Positions 42,501-51,709 of a stretch of DNA of 64,000 nucleotides are shown piece after piece. Numbering within the stretch: position 1 is the first letter of the stretch; every line of letters begins with the position of its first letter. This DNA comes from an uncultured cyanobacterium. Its GTDB lineage: Bacteria; Cyanobacteriota; Cyanobacteriia; Cyanobacteriales; CAWCAG01. The notes below the pieces were generated by a model. That model did no database searches. It was not told the origin of the DNA and worked only from the letters and a program-made list of their open reading frames with translations. The position numbers and the translations under genes were made by a program. The stretch spans positions 1,792,001 through 1,856,000 of the forward strand of contig CAWCAG010000005.1 in assembly GCA_963793425.1 (NCBI GenBank). The letters are read 5' to 3'.

Positions 42501-43198
42501 AATTCTTCTAAAGCTTCTTGATCTGTTTCCTTTCCTTGTAAAAAGCGGCAGTTTTTACCGATAACTTCCTGGGCAGAATATCCTGTTATGCGTTCAAAGG
42601 CAGGATTAAGATAAACAATCGGTAGCTCTTTTTGAGTAGCATCGCTGATGACAATACCATTATTGCTAGCAGTAATAGCTCTTTCTAAAACCCGCAAGCG
42701 TTCTTCTTTTTGCTTACGTTCGGTAATTTCTCGCTCTAGTTCTTGGTGAGAATTGTATAATTCTGTGGTACGCTGTTGCACTCGCTCTTCTAATTTGAGG
42801 TTGATAGCTTCTAGTTGAGCCGGACTAGTTAAAGCAAGGGCTTGGGGAATTAAAGGAAATAACTCTAAAGCTGTATAACAAGAAATGAAAGCAGTAAGGG
42901 CTTTAAGAAAACCCGATAGCCAGTAAGCCGGATGCCAAAGAGTCCATACTTCCAAGATATGGGTTGTACCGCAGGCGATAATAAAAGCACCAAATAAGAA
43001 AAATATGCCTCGAAAAGGCACATCTTCCCGCTTGCGGACGAAGTAAATTAGCATAGCGGGAATGGAATAATAAGCTAGAGCGATTAAGCTATCGGAAATG
43101 ACGTGCAGCCAGACCAATTGAGTTTGCCAGAGATAGCAATTGCCATGAGGCATAAATCTCTCTGGCGAAAATAATTCTCTAATTATTTCCCACATCAT
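39527..43198 (-). CDS. hybrid histidine kinase: ETR1-like 3-TM domain, LOV, PAS, PAS, HisKA/HATPase, 2 REC, HPt
   Basis: SDSLIALAYYSIP and IACGTTH; GKNCRFLQG; SHEIRTPMNG; GGTGLGL; two receiver domains; AHQLKGAA. Confidence 0.9.
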   Translation of the reverse strand: MMWEIIRELFSPERFMPHGNCYLWQTQLVWLHVISDSLIALAYYSIPAMLIYFVRKREDVPFRGIFFLFGAFIIACGTTHILEVWTLWHPAYWLSGFLKALTAFISCYTALELFPLIPQALALTSPAQLEAINLKLEERVQQRTTELYNSHQELEREITERKQKEERLRVLERAITASNNGIVISDATQKELPIVYLNPAFERITGYSAQEVIGKNCRFLQGKETDQEALEELRGALREGKECNVVLRNYRKDGSLFWNDLYISPVKDELGNLTHYIGVQADITERKLAQEALQESEEKFRQLAENLEEVFWMVDAQTKETIYVSPKCDKIWGCGCNTKLTTSQSFQEFIHPEDKQRVQSAIKLHSVNGDYDQEFRILRPDGTTCWIHDRAFPVKNQAGEIYRIAGIAEDITTRKQYESVLEQERQQLREIITQAPVAMAMLDTQMRYIAYSNKLLQDYNLGDADLRGRSHYEVFPDLLESWKEDLQKVLKGESISYPEDIWQRADGSVLYLRSALHPWYTPDGSIGGVVIVSHQINELVEARETALEASRMKSQFLANMSHEIRTPMNGVLGMTDLLLETPLNAQQLNFVQTISESAKNLLLIINDILDLSKLEAGEMNIETLDFNLSNCVEEVVDLLSAEAQTKGLGVFTLIESDVSLELKGDGRRLRQILTNLVSNGIKFTEKGEVIIRVSPVIESRQHIKLRFEVKDTGIGISKSEQKKLFQAFSQIDTSTTRTHGGTGLGLVICQQLVELMGGEIGVQSASGQGTTFWFTVQFTKQTPQVNLKALREQHLDGLKLLVVDNNTTSYQVIQSCLESYNIQVEEVQSTQAAISILRKAALDSKPYDVALVDLQSPQINGETLGQLIRYDPVLKNVKWIVMVSIRQHKEVKNLLWQGASDYLLKPIRASQLLDCLTNTFYLKNKPTSPSPFTYRHKPPIHPPQNPHLKILLVEDTPTNRKVLLSQFEMLGYQADCAEDGQAALERLSEQNYDLVFMDCLMPILDGYKTTQAIREKEGISRHTTVIAITANAMKGEKEKCLEWGMDDYISKPITLEMLASVIDRWCPQISKKKTSPKLVLGEAHCSSPQLVSAYHNSGQKALQTATITQVRVAHETPFNLVRLEEISRGSKEFQQEMMQIFLEDAPIYLYQIKQSLEERDFENLAINAHQLKGAAAMVAIISMPELALQLETEARNQKLQKAPELIMGLEQVFEQVQIFVKTF

Positions 43199-43434
43199 AA
43201 TTGTTTCCCTTATCTACCATCGCCCAACAGTTTCTGAACACATTGAGGGCTTTTTTACATTATGGGCAAGACAGTGGTTGCGATCGCGTCTATGATCACG
43301 TATAACTTTTTGAAAGTAGAAATCTTTTCCTTATATTTAAGGATGCGATCGCAAACTATATTCACCCTCGCTATAATCGCATCCTGCTAAAGAATAATGG
43401 TATTGCAGCAATTAAGGGAGAAAAGGCAAATTCA

Positions 43435-43545
43435 TGCTATAATTATCTCATTAGATAAAATTCAATCTCAATTAGAAAAAAACTTTTGTTGGAGCGGGGC
43501 TGGGAGCTTTCTTAAAATAGGCATGGAAGGTAAACATCTAACCTG
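43435..43545 (+). repeat. ~110-bp dispersed element, copy A
   Basis: About 80% identical by eye to the reverse complement of 54569-54681; begins with TGCTATAAT. Confidence 0.8.
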
Positions 43546-43767
43546 CCAAATTTTTATTAAAGATTACTTGGCATTTATTTCCCAAGAGGCAGTCACACCT
43601 TGCCAATTCACCAGAGTTATCAGAGCTTTCAAACCCTGTATCTTGAAGAAAAGTTTTTTTCATTTTTAACTGTAAACTGCAAGCCCCAAAACTCCAGTAG
43701 CGTAGACTATCTACGATTTGTAGCGATCACTGAATTTAAAATATTTGAGATTAACCCAACATAATAC

Positions 43768-43803
43768 TTGACATTTTTGAGAAAAACTGTAACAATAAAT
43801 ACA
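43768..43803 (+). promoter_or_regulatory. promoter overlapped by an NtcA box
   Basis: TTGACA at 43768-43773; TGTA-ACAATAAA-TACA at 43788-43803 covers the expected -10 region. Confidence 0.75.
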
Positions 43804-43812
43804 GAAGCAAAA

Positions 43813-43880
43813 AACGTTCATCTCTCAAAGTTCTCTAACCCAGAGAGACGGAAGTAAGAAGTTAATTCTGAAGGAACGCG
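43813..43880 (+). ncRNA. glutamine riboswitch (glnA motif, glutamine-I)
   Basis: P1 CGTTC/GAACG, P2 TCTCTC/GAGAGA, CGGAAGTA junction, P3 AGAA/TTCT, GAAG E-loop strand. Confidence 0.9.
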
Positions 43881-43919
43881 CCTCAACTATCACTACAAGA
43901 ATCATCGGAGGCGAATACT

Positions 43920-44093
43920 ATGAAACTTTTCTATCGCGGCCACAGCTACGAAGCTTATCAAAACGCTGTTGAAGGTACTGTTTCTGAATACACTGGCAAA
44001 TATCGCGGCCAAGATTGCAAGTTCCGTGATGTCCACAGTAACCAGGTTCAGCAACGCAAGGGCAAAAGAACCTATCGTGGCGTTAGCTACTAA
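43920..44093 (+). CDS. DUF4278-like small protein (57 aa, not in the ORF track)
   Basis: MKLFYRGHSYEAYQNAVEGTVSEYTGKYRGQDCKFRDVHSNQVQQRKGKRTYRGVSY*; three YRG motifs; GGAGG RBS; follows the riboswitch. Confidence 0.88.
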   Translation: MKLFYRGHSYEAYQNAVEGTVSEYTGKYRGQDCKFRDVHSNQVQQRKGKRTYRGVSY

Positions 44094-44211
44094 GCTTTGA
44101 GCTAAGATTTCACTTTTCAACTTTATCATCTGCTCCTAAGTCAAATAATCTCAATTTGACTTCCTATTTTAAGTTAAATCCAACCTCTGGTTGATTAACA
44201 GTACAAAAAAG

Positions 44212-44240
44212 AAATACCTCCAGGCTGGGGGTATTTTTTT
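44212..44240 (+). terminator. intrinsic terminator (possibly bidirectional)
   Basis: AAATACCTCC-AGGCT-GGGGGTATTT-TTTT, preceded by an A tract. Confidence 0.75.
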
Positions 44241-44491
44241 GTTGGCAAGTTTTGCTCAAGTGAAGCGATGGTTGAGGCCCTCTATCTATATATTATTCAT
44301 GATGATGTGCGATCGCACGTATTTTGGATGCGGTAGATTTCTTGCTAGTAGACAAAGAAGCTTTCACACCAGAGTACATAACGCAAGACCGTTGGCTTAG
44401 GGGCATTGAGCCAGTGGCTCAAGAGGCGGTGGCTAAACTCAATCAAGGGATGATACCAGCTATTTCAGAGTTTATGGAAAGCTGCTAGCCA

Positions 44492-45913
44492 TTAGCCATT
44501 AGCGAACTTTTTGTAGTTGTAGAAACCAAATCCCATAAAGAAAATTAGTAAAACTGTGGTTATGCCCAAGACACTGACTGCACCTAGTTGAACAATCAAA
44601 GCTGGGGCAGCGGCAGTGAATAATCCTCCGCCGACAATTGGTTCAAAAAAGAGTTGCTTGTAGGCAAAACTTTCAAAAGCCCCAGTACGATTATCGGGAT
44701 CTACCATGCGTAGTAATAAAATTCCTGTGGCTGTCACTCCCATGGATTGTCCTAAGTCTCCAATACCTCGTTCAAACCAATAATCTGTGAGGATGCGGGG
44801 GGCAAGGTAAAGGAAGGCGAAAACGTTCCAAGCAATACCCACAACTGAGAGTATGACAAATACTCCCAAATTTGCTCCTAATACTTGTAGAGAAATATTA
44901 GCGATCGCTGTGACCACAACTATATCAAGTGCTACCCCAGAAATACGTTCTTGTAAGGGGCGGATAATTAAAGGGGCTAATTCTAGACGCTCCATAACCA
45001 ACTGCACAATCACTCCCCCCACTAAAGCAATAGGAAACAAAGGGACAAACTTCAAAACCTGAAAACCAGTGTTTCCCCAAGTTAAAGTTTCAATTAATCT
45101 TAATCCTTCTAAAATCAACCAACCAATTGCGATCGCAATTCCCACAAAACCAAAGTTAAGGGAAAGGGGATCAATCAGAAGTCCCTGGGTTAATCTTTGT
45201 CTGGCTTCGCGAACTTGACGGGATTCGCTTTGTGCCATATGTTCCAAATCCTGGGGGGTTTCACTTTCTAAGTCTGCTGCTACATATCCTTTACGGCGGC
45301 CCCAGTTAGCCAAAAGAGTTCCGACGACAACTCCTGAAACAATGCCCACAGTAGCCAAACCTACAGCTAATTCTCCACCATCAGGAAAGCCCAACTCCTG
45401 AAAAGTTTCTTGCATACCTCCTGCTGTACCATGGCCCCCTTCAAAACCAATTTCAATTAAGGCCCCAGCCATAGGACTAACTTTGAAAATGGGAACCAGT
45501 ACTAAAAGGGTAGTCAGGAGTCCGACCACATATTGTCCCCAAGCCAGGGTTTGACCAAAAGCAACTTGAGGTGCAGCTTTGCGCCAAATCTCCCTCGGTT
45601 GAGGGATGGTTTCTCCTAAGAAGAGGGCGGCAAAAACGATGTTAATAAAAACCCCAGGAGATTCTGACCAAATAATCCGCATTGGCTCTGAGAAAATGCC
45701 ATTTTCAGCAAAAAAAGAATTCTCCCCCCCTAATGCTGTCACGATTGCCCCCAAAACCTGGGGTCCAAACAACAGGGCCAAAACCCCAGCAATAATTGAT
45801 TCGGGTAAATAAAGCCTTTGTAATAAACCAATGCGTTGCTTAATCCACCTACCAACAAGAATCAGCAATGCCACTATGACAAAAGCAAAGAGTACGTCTA
45901 AAAGTTTGAACAT
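44492..45913 (-). CDS. gltS: sodium:glutamate symporter family protein
   Basis: Polytopic membrane protein; LPESIIAG, GFEGGHGTA, GVTATG.LLLRMVDP. Confidence 0.75.
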   Translation of the reverse strand: MFKLLDVLFAFVIVALLILVGRWIKQRIGLLQRLYLPESIIAGVLALLFGPQVLGAIVTALGGENSFFAENGIFSEPMRIIWSESPGVFINIVFAALFLGETIPQPREIWRKAAPQVAFGQTLAWGQYVVGLLTTLLVLVPIFKVSPMAGALIEIGFEGGHGTAGGMQETFQELGFPDGGELAVGLATVGIVSGVVVGTLLANWGRRKGYVAADLESETPQDLEHMAQSESRQVREARQRLTQGLLIDPLSLNFGFVGIAIAIGWLILEGLRLIETLTWGNTGFQVLKFVPLFPIALVGGVIVQLVMERLELAPLIIRPLQERISGVALDIVVVTAIANISLQVLGANLGVFVILSVVGIAWNVFAFLYLAPRILTDYWFERGIGDLGQSMGVTATGILLLRMVDPDNRTGAFESFAYKQLFFEPIVGGGLFTAAAPALIVQLGAVSVLGITTVLLIFFMGFGFYNYKKFANG

Positions 45914-46029
45914 TTACCAAGGAATTAGGGAGCAGCGTTGGACAGACACTATCCTATCTGAAAAAGGAGTAAGAAACACAGCTTATGGGGACAAAGAAGG
46001 GAGAATCTTGCAACCTAGATAAGGGAAAA

Positions 46030-47553
46030 TCATTTTCCATTGATAGTTTCTTGAGAAGAAAGAGCTTGCTGTAAATAGCTATACTCTTCTCTAAACTTTG
46101 TCCCTAAGTGCTGATAAACAGGCATAACTTTTCTATATATTTGGCTATTTTCCCGAATCACTTGGTGAGTATAACTTTCTTGGATTAGCGGAGTAAAACT
46201 ATCTAAAGAGGGGATATGTTGAAGAGCATACAAAGCTAAAATTATTGCTCCTAAACAAGAACTTTCTAGCTGTGTCGGTACGATAACTTCTTGTTCAAAA
46301 ACATCAGCGAGAATTTGTCTCCATAACTCAGAATTAGCAAATCCTCCTGTTGCTTTAATCACCTTGGTTTCGGAATTTAATGGTGCTAAGGATTGGAAAA
46401 TCGAGTACAAATTATAAACTACCCCTTCCAAAACAGCCCTAACTAAATGAGCTTTACCATGGCGCAAACTTAAACCAAAAAAGCTTCCCTTAGCGTTAGG
46501 ATTCCAAAGGGGCGCTCTTTCTCCAGTTAAATAGGGATGAAAAATTAATCCTTCAGCCCCAGGAGCTATTTTCTGAGCTAAAGCTGTTAGAGTTTCATAA
46601 TTTTCTTCAGTTTCCAAAAGCTGTTTCTTTAACCACTGCAAAGTATTTCCGCCACTATTGCTTGCCCCACCAATCACCCAATGTTTTGCTGTTAAAGGAT
46701 AACAAAATAGTCGAGAGGGAAAAGATAAACTAACTTTATTAATGCTAGTACGCACTGCTCCACTTGTTCCCACCGTAACCACAGTCACTCCTGGTTTGAG
46801 CGCCCCTAATCCTAAGTTAGATAAAACGCCATCACTAGAACCTACTATGGTAGAGATTTGGGTGGAAAGCCCCATGTAGCTACTATATTTTGGTTCCATC
46901 AAGTCAAGTATATGAGTGGTAGGTACTACTTGAGATAATTGTTTTTTACTAATGCCTAAAAAAGCCAAAATCTCTTCATCCCAAGCGAATTCTTTTAAAT
47001 TGAATAAACCTGTAGCAGCGGCCATAGAGTAATCAACTACATATTGATGAAATAGTTTAAATAAAACATATTCTTTAATAGAAATAAACTTCGTAGCCTG
47101 CTTAAAAATCTCAGGATACTTTTGCTTTAACCAAAAAATTTTCACCAAAGGAGACATCGGATGAAGAGGAAGCCCTGTTCTTTGGTAAAGGCTTTCTTCT
47201 GAGTGCCATTGCCTAATAGTTTCTACCACCTCAGCACTACGATTGTCAGCCCAAGTAATACTTTGGGTGAGGGGTTTTCCTTCCCCATCCACAGCAATTA
47301 AACTGTGCATCGCACTACTAAAAGAAAGAGCTATAATTTTTTTCGGATTAACTTTACTTTGGGCAACTACTTGGCGCACTATATTAATCGTAGCAGTAAA
47401 TATCTCCTCCGGGTCTTGCTCCGCAGCAGAGGAAACAGGAGAATAGAGAGGATAATCAAGGGCATACTTACTAACAATTTTACCTTGACTTGTAAAAAGA
47501 ACAGATTTAACGCTAGTTGTACCAATATCTATACCAATTAAATAATTATCCAT
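46030..47553 (-). CDS. gntK: gluconokinase (FGGY family)
   Basis: GIDIGTTSVK, FSSAMHSLI, WADNRS, HPMSPL.K, PYLTGERAPLW, TGGFANS. Confidence 0.8.
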   Translation of the reverse strand: MDNYLIGIDIGTTSVKSVLFTSQGKIVSKYALDYPLYSPVSSAAEQDPEEIFTATINIVRQVVAQSKVNPKKIIALSFSSAMHSLIAVDGEGKPLTQSITWADNRSAEVVETIRQWHSEESLYQRTGLPLHPMSPLVKIFWLKQKYPEIFKQATKFISIKEYVLFKLFHQYVVDYSMAAATGLFNLKEFAWDEEILAFLGISKKQLSQVVPTTHILDLMEPKYSSYMGLSTQISTIVGSSDGVLSNLGLGALKPGVTVVTVGTSGAVRTSINKVSLSFPSRLFCYPLTAKHWVIGGASNSGGNTLQWLKKQLLETEENYETLTALAQKIAPGAEGLIFHPYLTGERAPLWNPNAKGSFFGLSLRHGKAHLVRAVLEGVVYNLYSIFQSLAPLNSETKVIKATGGFANSELWRQILADVFEQEVIVPTQLESSCLGAIILALYALQHIPSLDSFTPLIQESYTHQVIRENSQIYRKVMPVYQHLGTKFREEYSYLQQALSSQETINGK

Positions 47554-47597
47554 AGCAAAAGCAAAATACTATAAGTTTAAGTTTGATAAGAAGTAAA

Positions 47598-50429
47598 ATG
47601 ATCAATGACAATAGTACTATCGACCTTGCTAGCCAAATTCTTACTCATCTCATAGAACTTGCTAAGATTACTCCTGATAGTAACAACTGGCAAAATATTG
47701 TTAAGACAGCTATCAACAAAACCAAAGAACTACAACAACAATTGCCAACTTTAGCAGAGAGTGAAGTCGAATGGCGATCGCTAGTGGAGAATAGCTCTGA
47801 TATTATTTGTATTGACAATCCTCAAACCAACATTGTCTACATCAATCCTGCGGTTGAAAAAGTTCTTGGTTACTCACCAGAATTTTTTATCTCCCGCTCA
47901 CCATTGCAATTCATTCATCCAGATGACTTAACTGCCGCTACCGAAGCTTGGCATAAACTTGCTTCTCAACCTCTTGGTACTAGTAGTGGTTGGCTTGAAT
48001 ACCGCTATCGCCACCAAAATGGTTCCTGGCGAGTATTACAAGCTTGTGGTAAAAATCTCCTCGACGATCCCCATGTTCAAGGTATAGTCTTCCATTGTCG
48101 AGACATTACAGACAGTAAGCTAGCCAAAGAAACTTTACAAATTACAAATGATCAGCTACAAGCTGTCTTAGATGCGGTTCCAGGGTTCGTTTCTTGGGTA
48201 AGTGCAGAAGGAAATTACTTGGGGGTCAATCGCTATCTTGCTGCTGCTTTCAACCTCTCTCCAGAAGAATTTATTGGTAAAGAGATTGGGTTTCGTAAAA
48301 GTAGCTCTCAGTTTTCTTGCTTGATGGCAGAATTTATGGGTAGTAGTAAGATGAGTGCTTCCCAAACAATCCAAGCTAAAATTGATGGCACAAACCGCCA
48401 TTACTTAATTGCCGCTCAAAAATATCAGCAAGGGAAAGCGGCTGTATCTGTAGGCATAAACATCACAGCCCGTAAAAAAGCAGAAGAAGAGCGTGATCGC
48501 CTCTTTGCTCAAATCGAACAACAAAATCAAAACCTAGAAGCCCAAGTACAAGAACGTACTACTGAGTTAGAAAAAGAATTGGCAGAACGCAAACGGGCAG
48601 AAATAGCCCTACGGGAAAGCGAACAGAAATTAGAACTATTCTTTTCTCAATCTCTAGATGGCTTTTCTTTTATGATGCTTGATGAGCCAGTACGTTGGGA
48701 TCATACCATTGATCAAGAAGCAGCTTTAGATTATATCTTCGAGCATATGCGCTTTACAAAAATCAATGATGCTATGCTCGCTCAATATGGCGCTAAACCA
48801 GAGCAACTGATTGGTTTAACTTTAAAAGAGTTACTAGGACATGATCTTGCCAAAAGTAGAGAAATTGTCAGATGCTGTTTTGAGGCAGGAAAATTGCAAG
48901 TAGAAGCCCAGGAGCGTAAGTTAGATGGTACTCCCATCTGGACAGAATCAAAAATAATTTGTATGTACGATCAAGAGGGGAGAATTACCGGAAACTTCTG
49001 CATACAAAGGGAAATAACTGATCGTAAACAAGCAGAAGTTGCCTTAAAACAAAGCGAAGAAAAATTCCGTCAGTTAGCAGAAAATACAGAAAGTGCTTTT
49101 TGGATTACAGAGCCATCAACAAGAAAAGTCATTTATGTTAGTCCTGCCTTTGAGAAAATCTGGGGGCGCGAACGTAGTTTTATATATAATTCTATTCAAA
49201 CTTGGCAAGCGGCTATTCACCCGGAAGATCGAGAACGTATAGTTACTCTAAATCCCCAACAAATGTACTCAGGGAGTGATGAACAGTATCGTATTGTTCG
49301 TCCTAATGGAGAAGTACGTTGGGTTCGCGATCGCGCCTTTCCTATTTATAATGAACAAGGTGAAGTATATCGTCTTGCTGGTATTGCTGAAGATATTACC
49401 GAAAGAAAACAAGCAGCAGAAGCCTTGAGTCGCAGCGAAGAGCGCTTCCGTAGTTTAGTGGAAACTAGTAGTGATTTTGTTTGGGAATTAGACGAAAATC
49501 GCATCTTTACTTATGCCAGTCCTCAAGTTTTTAGCATTTGGGGTTATCAGCCAGAAGAGTTATTAGGAAAAAGCCCCTTTGATTTAATGACCCATCAAGA
49601 AGCAGAGCGGGTAAAAGGTATATTTGAGGAGTATTTTAACGGCAGGAAGTCCTTTCAATCTATAGAAAATACCTGCGTACATCAAAAAGGCCACTCTGTG
49701 GTTATGGAAACTAGTGGTGTACCAATCTTTGACAGCGCCAATCGATTCCGAGGTTATCGGGGTATGGATAGGGATATTACTGAGCGCAAGTTAGCAGAAG
49801 ATAAGATCAAAGCTTCTTTACAAGAAAAAGAAACTTTACTTAAAGAGATTCATCACCGCGTCAAAAATAATCTGCAAATCATTTCTAGTTTATTACGCCT
49901 GCAATCCCGGCATATTGAAGATCAGCAAGCTATAGAGCTAGTCTCAGAAAGTCAAAACCGAGTCAGAAGTATGGCCTTGGTTCATGAACAACTTTATCAA
50001 TCCTCTAATTTGGCTGAAGTCGATTTACAAAAATATATCCAAACCCTAACTAGCAATCTGTTACGCTCCTACAGTATTAATTCTTGCCGAGTACATCTCA
50101 CCATTGATGTTGAACCCATTGCTTTAGGAGTAGATTTAGCTATTCCCTGTGGTTTAATTATCAACGAACTAATTTCCAATTGCTTGAAATATGCTTTCCC
50201 GGAGCATAGGAAAGGAGAAATTCGGGTTAGTCTTCATCGTAAGGGCAAAAAATCTTTTATTCTCACGATTAGGGACGATGGCATCGGTTTACCAGAAAAT
50301 TTAGACTTACATAGCACTGATACTTTGGGATTGCAGTTAGTACATCGATTAACCAAGCAGCTAGGAGGTATAGTGGAACTTAATTGTGACCAAGGTACAG
50401 AGTTTAAAATTATTGCTCAACTACCCTAG
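47598..50429 (+). CDS. multi-PAS HisKA_2-type sensor histidine kinase
   Basis: About five PAS/PAC domains; LKEIHHRVKNNLQ; NELISN..KYAF; DDGIG; ATG at 47598 preferred to TTG at 47583. Confidence 0.9.
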   Translation: MINDNSTIDLASQILTHLIELAKITPDSNNWQNIVKTAINKTKELQQQLPTLAESEVEWRSLVENSSDIICIDNPQTNIVYINPAVEKVLGYSPEFFISRSPLQFIHPDDLTAATEAWHKLASQPLGTSSGWLEYRYRHQNGSWRVLQACGKNLLDDPHVQGIVFHCRDITDSKLAKETLQITNDQLQAVLDAVPGFVSWVSAEGNYLGVNRYLAAAFNLSPEEFIGKEIGFRKSSSQFSCLMAEFMGSSKMSASQTIQAKIDGTNRHYLIAAQKYQQGKAAVSVGINITARKKAEEERDRLFAQIEQQNQNLEAQVQERTTELEKELAERKRAEIALRESEQKLELFFSQSLDGFSFMMLDEPVRWDHTIDQEAALDYIFEHMRFTKINDAMLAQYGAKPEQLIGLTLKELLGHDLAKSREIVRCCFEAGKLQVEAQERKLDGTPIWTESKIICMYDQEGRITGNFCIQREITDRKQAEVALKQSEEKFRQLAENTESAFWITEPSTRKVIYVSPAFEKIWGRERSFIYNSIQTWQAAIHPEDRERIVTLNPQQMYSGSDEQYRIVRPNGEVRWVRDRAFPIYNEQGEVYRLAGIAEDITERKQAAEALSRSEERFRSLVETSSDFVWELDENRIFTYASPQVFSIWGYQPEELLGKSPFDLMTHQEAERVKGIFEEYFNGRKSFQSIENTCVHQKGHSVVMETSGVPIFDSANRFRGYRGMDRDITERKLAEDKIKASLQEKETLLKEIHHRVKNNLQIISSLLRLQSRHIEDQQAIELVSESQNRVRSMALVHEQLYQSSNLAEVDLQKYIQTLTSNLLRSYSINSCRVHLTIDVEPIALGVDLAIPCGLIINELISNCLKYAFPEHRKGEIRVSLHRKGKKSFILTIRDDGIGLPENLDLHSTDTLGLQLVHRLTKQLGGIVELNCDQGTEFKIIAQLP

Positions 50430-50520
50430 CCTTCCTACAGTAGCGGCTACAAATTATTGATGTAAATATAGATTTAGTTAGTAATAATTTTTCTCTAGGC
50501 TATTGCCTTATGATTAAACT

Positions 50521-51675
50521 ATGTCAGCTACCAAAATACTAGTAGTCGAAGATGAACAAATAGTCGCCTTCGATATCGAAACTACCCTTACAAGCTTAGG
50601 TTATAAAGTTCCTGCTGTATTTTCTTCAGGGGAAGATGCCCTTGCTCAAGTAGGAACCATTAAACCAGATTTAGTTTTGATGGATATTATTTTAGCTGGT
50701 AAAATGGATGGGGTAGAAGCTGCTGAAAAAATTAAAAAATACTTTGATATTCCTGTTGCTTATTTAACTGCCCATAATGATTTGGCAACCCTACAAAGAG
50801 CTAAATTAAGTGAGCCATTCGGTTATTTACTTAAACCATTTGAAGAAAGAGAGTTACATACAACGATTGAAATAGCTCTTGCCCGTCATCAAGCAGAAGT
50901 GAAAATCCGCCAAGCTTTAGCAAAAGAAAAAGAATTAAATCAACTAAAAACAAATTTCTTGTCCCTAACTTCCCACGAATTTCGTACTCCTTTAACAACG
51001 ATTCTTTCCGCCACGGAAATGCTGGAATTTTACTCTCAAGGGGAGATAAATGAAAAAAAGCGGAAAAACTTTCGTAGAATTCATAGTTCTATTGAACATA
51101 TGCGTCACCTCCTTGATGATGTTTTAGTAGTAGGAGATGCTGAAGCTGGGAGATTGGAGTTTCGACCCCATCCTTTGGATCTATTAGAATTATGTCAAGA
51201 AATAGTAGAAGATGTGAAAATGAATTCCTCTTTGCAATCAACTATAGTCTTCACATCTAAAGGAGAATGCCATGATACTTATATGGATAAGCATTTATTA
51301 AAGCATATTTTAACTAATTTACTGACCAATGCTCTTAAATATTCTCCTGAAGTTTCAATTGTGAAATTCGAGCTTTTTTGTGGGGAAAATCAGGCTGTTT
51401 TTTGCATCCAGGATCAGGGAATTGGTATTCCTTACCAAGAACAAAAAGCAATATTTGAATCCTTTTATCGTGGCACTAATGTTGGTAAAATCAAAGGAAC
51501 TGGATTAGGTCTAGCTATTGTTAAAAGCTGCATAGAATTACATCAAGGCAGTCTGAAAATTGAGAGTGAAGTTGGAGCCGGGACTAAATTTGTCGTGACT
51601 TTACCTTCCTTTATTGAGGGAATAGGAAGTGAGAAGCCAGCAGTTAGCAAGGTAGAGGAAGTAAGGAGCAAGTAA
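50521..51675 (+). CDS. REC-HisKA-HATPase hybrid kinase
   Basis: VEDE, LMDI, KPF; SHEFRTPL; NALKYS; GTGLGL. Confidence 0.92.
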   Translation: MSATKILVVEDEQIVAFDIETTLTSLGYKVPAVFSSGEDALAQVGTIKPDLVLMDIILAGKMDGVEAAEKIKKYFDIPVAYLTAHNDLATLQRAKLSEPFGYLLKPFEERELHTTIEIALARHQAEVKIRQALAKEKELNQLKTNFLSLTSHEFRTPLTTILSATEMLEFYSQGEINEKKRKNFRRIHSSIEHMRHLLDDVLVVGDAEAGRLEFRPHPLDLLELCQEIVEDVKMNSSLQSTIVFTSKGECHDTYMDKHLLKHILTNLLTNALKYSPEVSIVKFELFCGENQAVFCIQDQGIGIPYQEQKAIFESFYRGTNVGKIKGTGLGLAIVKSCIELHQGSLKIESEVGAGTKFVVTLPSFIEGIGSEKPAVSKVEEVRSK

Positions 51676-51709
51676 ATCACTAATCCTTACTCAATTAGTA
51701 CCTACCCTG

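Noticed and set aside
43397..43669. 90-aa ORF over copy A of the dispersed element
   Set aside because: Frame is not kept in copy B (indels and stops); no recognisable motif.
43902..44129. 75-aa minus-strand ORF
   Set aside because: Antisense shadow of the riboswitch-controlled 57-aa gene.
44191..44400. 69-aa ORF
   Set aside because: TTG start, runs through a terminator hairpin, no features.
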